From Nitrospirota bacterium (GTDB lineage Bacteria; Nitrospirota; UBA9217), in contig CAVTRN010000002.1 in the NCBI GenBank assembly GCA_963737155.1, positions 2,528,001-2,592,000 of the forward strand: a stretch of 64,000 bases of DNA, read 5' to 3'. Each line of letters starts with the position of its first letter. Within the stretch, counting starts at the first letter, position 1. Positions 59,938 to 64,000 of this stretch are shown here, piece by piece. Below the pieces are notes generated by a model. It had not been told where the DNA came from, ran no database searches, and saw only the letters and a program-made list of their open reading frames with translations. The position numbers and the translations under genes were made by a program.

Positions 59938-61419
59938 TTAATCCAGCCCCTTCTCCGCCATCTCCACGGCGCGCATCATGGCTTTAGCCTTGTTCACGGT
60001 TTCTTGGTACTCAGCGGCAGGATCGCTGTCCGCGACCACGCCACCGCCGGCCTGAATGTAGGCTATGTTGTTTTTGATCACGAGCGTCCGTATGGTGATA
60101 CAGGTATCCATGTTTCCAGAAAATCCGAAATATCCGATGGCGCCGGCGTAAGGCCCACGCTTCGTGGGCTCCAGTTCATCTATGATTTGCATGGCTCTGA
60201 TCTTCGGAGCGCCTGATACCGTGCCAGCGGGAAAGCATGCCCGGATGACATCATAGGCGTCGTTTTCCGCAGATAATCTGCCGCGCACATTCGATACAAT
60301 GTGCATGACATGAGAGTAGCGCTCAATTACCATAAGCTCGCTTACATTCACGCTTCCCGGCTCGCTCACCCTTCCAACGTCGTTCCGTCCAAGATCCACG
60401 AGCATGATGTGCTCAGCCCGCTCCTTGGGGTCCGCGAGAAGCTCCCTGGCAAGCGCCTCGTCCTCTTCCTCGTCAGCCCCGCGATGCCGCGTACCCGCTA
60501 TGGGGCGGAGATCTATCCGGCTTCCTTCGAGCCTGACCATCACCTCAGGGGAGGCTCCGACAACAGTTGTATCACCGCACCGGAGAAAATACATATACGG
60601 CGACGGATTGATTAGACGGAGGGCGCGATAAATCTCATATGGTTCAACTGAAATCTTTGTTTGGAATCGCTGGGACGGAACAACCTGGAAAATATCACCA
60701 GCCTTGATATATTCTTTTGCCTTGAGCACAGCCTGTTCATACTGCGGCTGGGTAAAGTTTGACGTCAGTGAACACTCCTTCGATTTTCCCTTGCCCTTTG
60801 ACACCTGGCCCTTGACCCCGGCTTTCAGCTTCCTAACCAGGCTGTTGATCTTCTTTACGGCTTCCCGGTAGGCGGCCTCGACAGATATTCCCTTGATGTG
60901 GGCGTTCGACACCACCTTGATCATATGGGTCACATTGTCGAAAACCACGAGCGTGTCGGTAATCATGAAGAAAATGTCGGGAGTACCCAAATCCACTTTT
61001 TCCCGCTCGGGCAGTTCTTCAAAAAAGCGGACAACGTCATAGCCCATGAATCCAACGGCTCCACCGAAAAACCGCGGTAGCGATGGATCGGGAACTGGTC
61101 TGTATTCGGACAGGACCTTTTTGATCACAGTGAGGGGATCCCGTTCAAACACTAGCTTTGCGGTCTTGCCGCCCTGAACGATCTCTGCCTTTCGGCCGAA
61201 GGTTCTGACAATGACCGAGGGTCTACTCCCCAGAAAGGAATAACGGGCCCATTTTTCGTTGCCTTCCATACTTTCAAGCAGGAAGGAATGCCGTCCGTCG
61301 TCGATCTTTTGGAATGCCGATACGGGCGTTTCCCGGTCCGCCAGTATCTCGCGGTATACGGGAATCAGGTTACCTTTTTTTGCTCTTAATTTGAATTCTT
61401 CCAGAGAAGGCTGGAACAT
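59938..61419 (-). CDS. trpE: Anthranilate synthase component I
   Basis: 'FLLES', 'NPSPYM', 'PIAGT', 'KERAEHIMLVDLGRND' and 'GAPKIRAM'. Confidence 0.97.
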   Translation of the reverse strand: MFQPSLEEFKLRAKKGNLIPVYREILADRETPVSAFQKIDDGRHSFLLESMEGNEKWARYSFLGSRPSVIVRTFGRKAEIVQGGKTAKLVFERDPLTVIKKVLSEYRPVPDPSLPRFFGGAVGFMGYDVVRFFEELPEREKVDLGTPDIFFMITDTLVVFDNVTHMIKVVSNAHIKGISVEAAYREAVKKINSLVRKLKAGVKGQVSKGKGKSKECSLTSNFTQPQYEQAVLKAKEYIKAGDIFQVVPSQRFQTKISVEPYEIYRALRLINPSPYMYFLRCGDTTVVGASPEVMVRLEGSRIDLRPIAGTRHRGADEEEDEALARELLADPKERAEHIMLVDLGRNDVGRVSEPGSVNVSELMVIERYSHVMHIVSNVRGRLSAENDAYDVIRACFPAGTVSGAPKIRAMQIIDELEPTKRGPYAGAIGYFGFSGNMDTCITIRTLVIKNNIAYIQAGGGVVADSDPAAEYQETVNKAKAMMRAVEMAEKGLD

Positions 61420-61449
61420 AAAACTCCTTGCAAAATAAGCGATTTACGT

Positions 61450-61479
61450 ACTATACCAGATAATTTCCAGAAGTGTCAA
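61450..61479 (-). promoter_or_regulatory. Sigma70-type promoter of the trp operon
   Basis: TTGACA-N18-TATAGT about 30 nt upstream of trpE; AAGGAG RBS. Confidence 0.55.
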
Positions 61480-61510
61480 TCAGAAAGACTTGCAGGTGCC
61501 TTCGTGTTTA

Positions 61511-61585
61511 GTGGGTAGAATGGCCATGTCACCACATCGACCCCCCGTTGTCACCGGACTTGCAGTTTTCCCGCATCCGACGGCC
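61511..61585 (-). ncRNA. Group II intron domain V/VI remnant (3' end)
   Basis: Minus strand reads CCGTCGGATGCGGGAAAACTGCAAGTCCGGTGA (D5-like hairpin), CAACGGGGGG, then GTGGTGACAT...CTACCCAC (D6-like, ending in AC); no RT ORF. Confidence 0.65.
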
Positions 61586-61805
61586 CAAGTAATCGCCTCG
61601 ATTTAAGGAACGGATCTGCAAGTCCTACTTATTGTTTTGTTCCCAATACCGCTATCATATTACAGTTGCGGATCGCTTTTACTTGGAACATATCCCTGTT
61701 CGCATGCGACATACGATCACTTGCCAGTGTATATGCCGGGATAGAGGGTCAACCGGTCGCCAATAGTTACATTATCGCCAATAACGGCAAAGGAGGAGTA
61801 AATAA

Positions 61806-62329
61806 CCCCGCAGCAAGCTGCGAGGCATTTTGACTAGAATCTAAAACCTATTTGCTCATCATGCTGATACCGAATATAGTTTCTAATCACTTCCGCCGTT
61901 ATTTTGTCGCCAACCGAACGGACAAAGTAACCATCGTTCCACAGTTCCCCTCCCCAGAGCTTTTTCTTTATCTCCGGGAACTCTTGGAACATTATTCTGG
62001 CGGAGATACTTTTAATCATTTGTACTACCTTCGCAGGCGCATACTTCGGAGGAACAACCAAAAACAAGTGTACATGGTCATCCATGACTTCCATCGTATC
62101 TATTTCCAAATCGTACTGTTCAGCTATCTCACGAAAGATTTCTTTCAATCGTTTCGTCATGCGATCGTCGAACAGTTTTTTACAATATTTCGGTATCCAT
62201 ACGAAATGTTACTTGAGATCATAGACACAATGTCTGCTTCTTCTCAATGGGCTCATGGCCCGTATTGTATCAGAAAATCATCCTGACTTCGTCAGGATAT
62301 CCTTTTCATCCCAGCAGCAAGCTGCTGGG
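61806..62329 (-). mobile_element. IS200/IS605-family element (tnpA only)
   Basis: HUH transposase flanked by hairpins CCCCGCAGC-AA-GCTGCGAGG (61806) and CCCAGCAGC-AA-GCTGCTGGG (62310). Confidence 0.88.
61834..62256 (-). pseudogene. tnpA: IS200-family Y1 transposase TnpA with premature stop
   Basis: MSPLRRSRHCVYDLK*HFVWIPKY (TAA at 62209-62211 where Tyr is expected); 'DHVHL', 'LW..GYF..SVG' and 'YIRYQ'. Confidence 0.88.
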
Positions 62330-62519
62330 TATTCAAGGATGTTTTTTATAAAATGTTCGATTCCGATAACCGAGGCTGCCCAGTGATTGATTTATAGCTT
62401 CTACCAATCGGTTTGGGAAGGGCTTTACATGAAGCAACTCGATTGCCTGCGCAAAGACAATCCGCATATTTTTCACCTCAAACAGGGGCAGTCGAAGTTT
62501 GGGAATGTCCGCGGGCGCA

Positions 62520-62877
62520 AATGCAGCCGATGCACCCGCGGCAAACGTAGAACGGATAGGCGTCGTTATCTCCAAACGTTTCAACTTGTCTTCACGACTT
62601 CGCAGACCCGGGAATCTCACATAATGGGTGCGATCTTGTAACTGGCAGAACAGCATAGATACGAATAGTTTCCAATAGGTAAAACAATTCGCTTTCCGCT
62701 CTGCGTTCGTTTTATTCACGGTTTTTTCATAAACAATACACGTAAAAAGAGATAGAATTTGGCGAAGATTACTGGTAAACTATTTATAATCCACCGGTCT
62801 GAGTTTTATTGTTGCTCTCAACGATTATATTACTCAGTCCGGGTTTTTATTTTCAAATTCTGTTTTGGACAAGAGTG
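62520..62877 (-). mobile_element. Decayed 5' part of an IS4-family (DUF4372-type) transposase with a possible terminal repeat
   Basis: 'F..W..FVSMLFCQL...GLRS.E.KLK.L.I..P.RST.A'; TTTTGGACAAGAGTG at 62863-62877 resembles the element end. Confidence 0.7.
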
Positions 62878-63082
62878 AAGGCAGATAAACACTTTTGGAT
62901 CCCCACTGTTATTGCACCAAGGTGAAGAAAAAGATTTTGTGCCTGGGTTGACTCAGGGGCCCGGAGATCGGTAATTTATAGCGCTATGTGAATAGACGTG
63001 ATTGATAAAGAAACTATGTGATTGGCATCTGTAGAGCTATTCTATGAACACCCATCAGAGACAACGACAGATGGTAAAGGGA

Positions 63083-64000
63083 ATGAAAAAAGTAACAGTT
63101 GCATTAACCATTGCAGTCGTTCTTGTTGCTTGTCCCGTTAGTGCCCAAGAAATCTCCGGACTCGCGGGAGCGTTGTACGAAACACCAAATCATGATGCTA
63201 CCTTTACCTGGCAACTGGAGTATCTGGAAGGCTTGGGAAAGCATTTCGCTTACAGCCTTACCTATCTGAATGAAGGTCACCTTACAACACAACACCGGGA
63301 CGGCGGGGCATTCCTGATATGGGGAAGAACGGATTTTTTTGATCAACATCTTGCCTTAGGTGCCGGTGTTGGGCCATACTACTATTTTAACACTTTGCAG
63401 GCCGGAACCAATTCCTACAACAATGACCATGGATGGGGAGCAATGAGCAGCTATACTGCTACCTGGTACATGGCCGAGAGACTATTTTACCAAATGCGCG
63501 TGAACTGGGTTGTGACCGATAGAAGTTTTGATACCCGATCGTTGCTTTTCGGATTCGGGTATCATTTCGCCCCTCCACCTTCGACGGGGCCGAGTAACAA
63601 TACACCGCCCCAGCATGTGGATACGACAAAGAATGAGGTCACGCTGTTTTTCGGCCAGACCATTTTAAACAGCTTTGGCTCAGAGCCGGCGAATTCATGT
63701 GACATCGAGTACCGGCGACATCTATCACGATACGTGGACTGGACAGTCTCGTACCTTTATGAAGGTGAAAACGACAATTTCGGACGAAGCGGGGTAATCA
63801 CGCAGCTCTGGTTGGGAAAATCGTTCTTTAGCAACCGCCTATCTTTTGGTTTCGGTGCAGGTGGCTATGCAACGCTGGAATACCGTAACGCACAAGCCGG
63901 CACTGATCATCATGATTTCTTATCCGGAATTGCCACGATGACGACCAGTTACCGATTTCTTCCTCGATGGAGCATAAGGATTTCTTGGAACCGGATTGTG
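63083..64000 (+). CDS. Outer-membrane beta-barrel protein with two tandem barrel-like domains (3' end beyond the window)
   Basis: Open frame to the window end (absent from the ORF track, no stop); signal peptide MKKVTVALT...VSA|QE; aromatic alternating strands; first domain ends LFGFGYHF. Confidence 0.8.
   Translation, partial: MKKVTVALTIAVVLVACPVSAQEISGLAGALYETPNHDATFTWQLEYLEGLGKHFAYSLTYLNEGHLTTQHRDGGAFLIWGRTDFFDQHLALGAGVGPYYYFNTLQAGTNSYNNDHGWGAMSSYTATWYMAERLFYQMRVNWVVTDRSFDTRSLLFGFGYHFAPPPSTGPSNNTPPQHVDTTKNEVTLFFGQTILNSFGSEPANSCDIEYRRHLSRYVDWTVSYLYEGENDNFGRSGVITQLWLGKSFFSNRLSFGFGAGGYATLEYRNAQAGTDHHDFLSGIATMTTSYRFLPRWSIRISWNRIV

Noticed and set aside
61420-61510. trp attenuator, leader peptide or T-box
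   Set aside because: The promoter-like sequence is only ~30 nt from trpE; no Trp-rich leader or T-box seen; the upstream structure fits a group II intron end better
61834-62720. IS605-type tnpB or associated guide-RNA system next to tnpA
   Set aside because: Both hairpin ends tightly flank tnpA alone; the neighbouring ORF resembles an IS4 fragment, not a RuvC nuclease
1-64000. Many long antisense or alternate-frame ORFs in the track (e.g. 734-1423, 11049-11768, 33708-34553, 38753-39502)
   Set aside because: They shadow well-supported genes on the other strand or frame and show no recognisable motifs
1-64000. CRISPR array, rRNA or tRNA genes
   Set aside because: No regularly spaced direct repeats, cas genes, rRNA signatures or cloverleaf/T-loop patterns were noticed by eye

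Overview
Bacterial chromosomal window of moderate GC from an anaerobic, cytochrome-rich diderm. Gene content suggests Nitrospirota or Desulfobacterota; this is inference only. In order: end of a type II secretion/type IV pilus cluster; lsrF plus a Zn-dehydrogenase; gpsA-larB-larC-nadE-rsmI; a DUF362 Fe-S protein; pyk; a cytoplasmic formate dehydrogenase with AsrA/AsrB-like partners; rubrerythrin, clsB and osmC; a complete A/V-type ATPase operon; a ~12 kb redox block; a DUF362(Tat)/polyferredoxin pair; accD; trpEGDCFBA; a cluster of decayed mobile elements (group II intron 3' end, IS200 with a stop codon, IS4 remnant); and a partial tandem beta-barrel outer-membrane protein. The best candidate for an undescribed system is the redox block at ~33.7-45.2 kb. 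It carries three paralogous small membrane proteins (one HmcD-like), a cytochrome c3, an HmcB/HybA-like Fe-S protein, an HmcC/NrfD-like membrane protein, a 13-heme cytochrome plus cytochrome b, and a histidine kinase with a CxxCH heme motif in its sensor domain plus a NarL-type regulator. Two same-orientation ISAs1 relics bracket the block. No rRNA, tRNA or CRISPR array was seen. All family assignments are from motif recognition by eye, not database searches.
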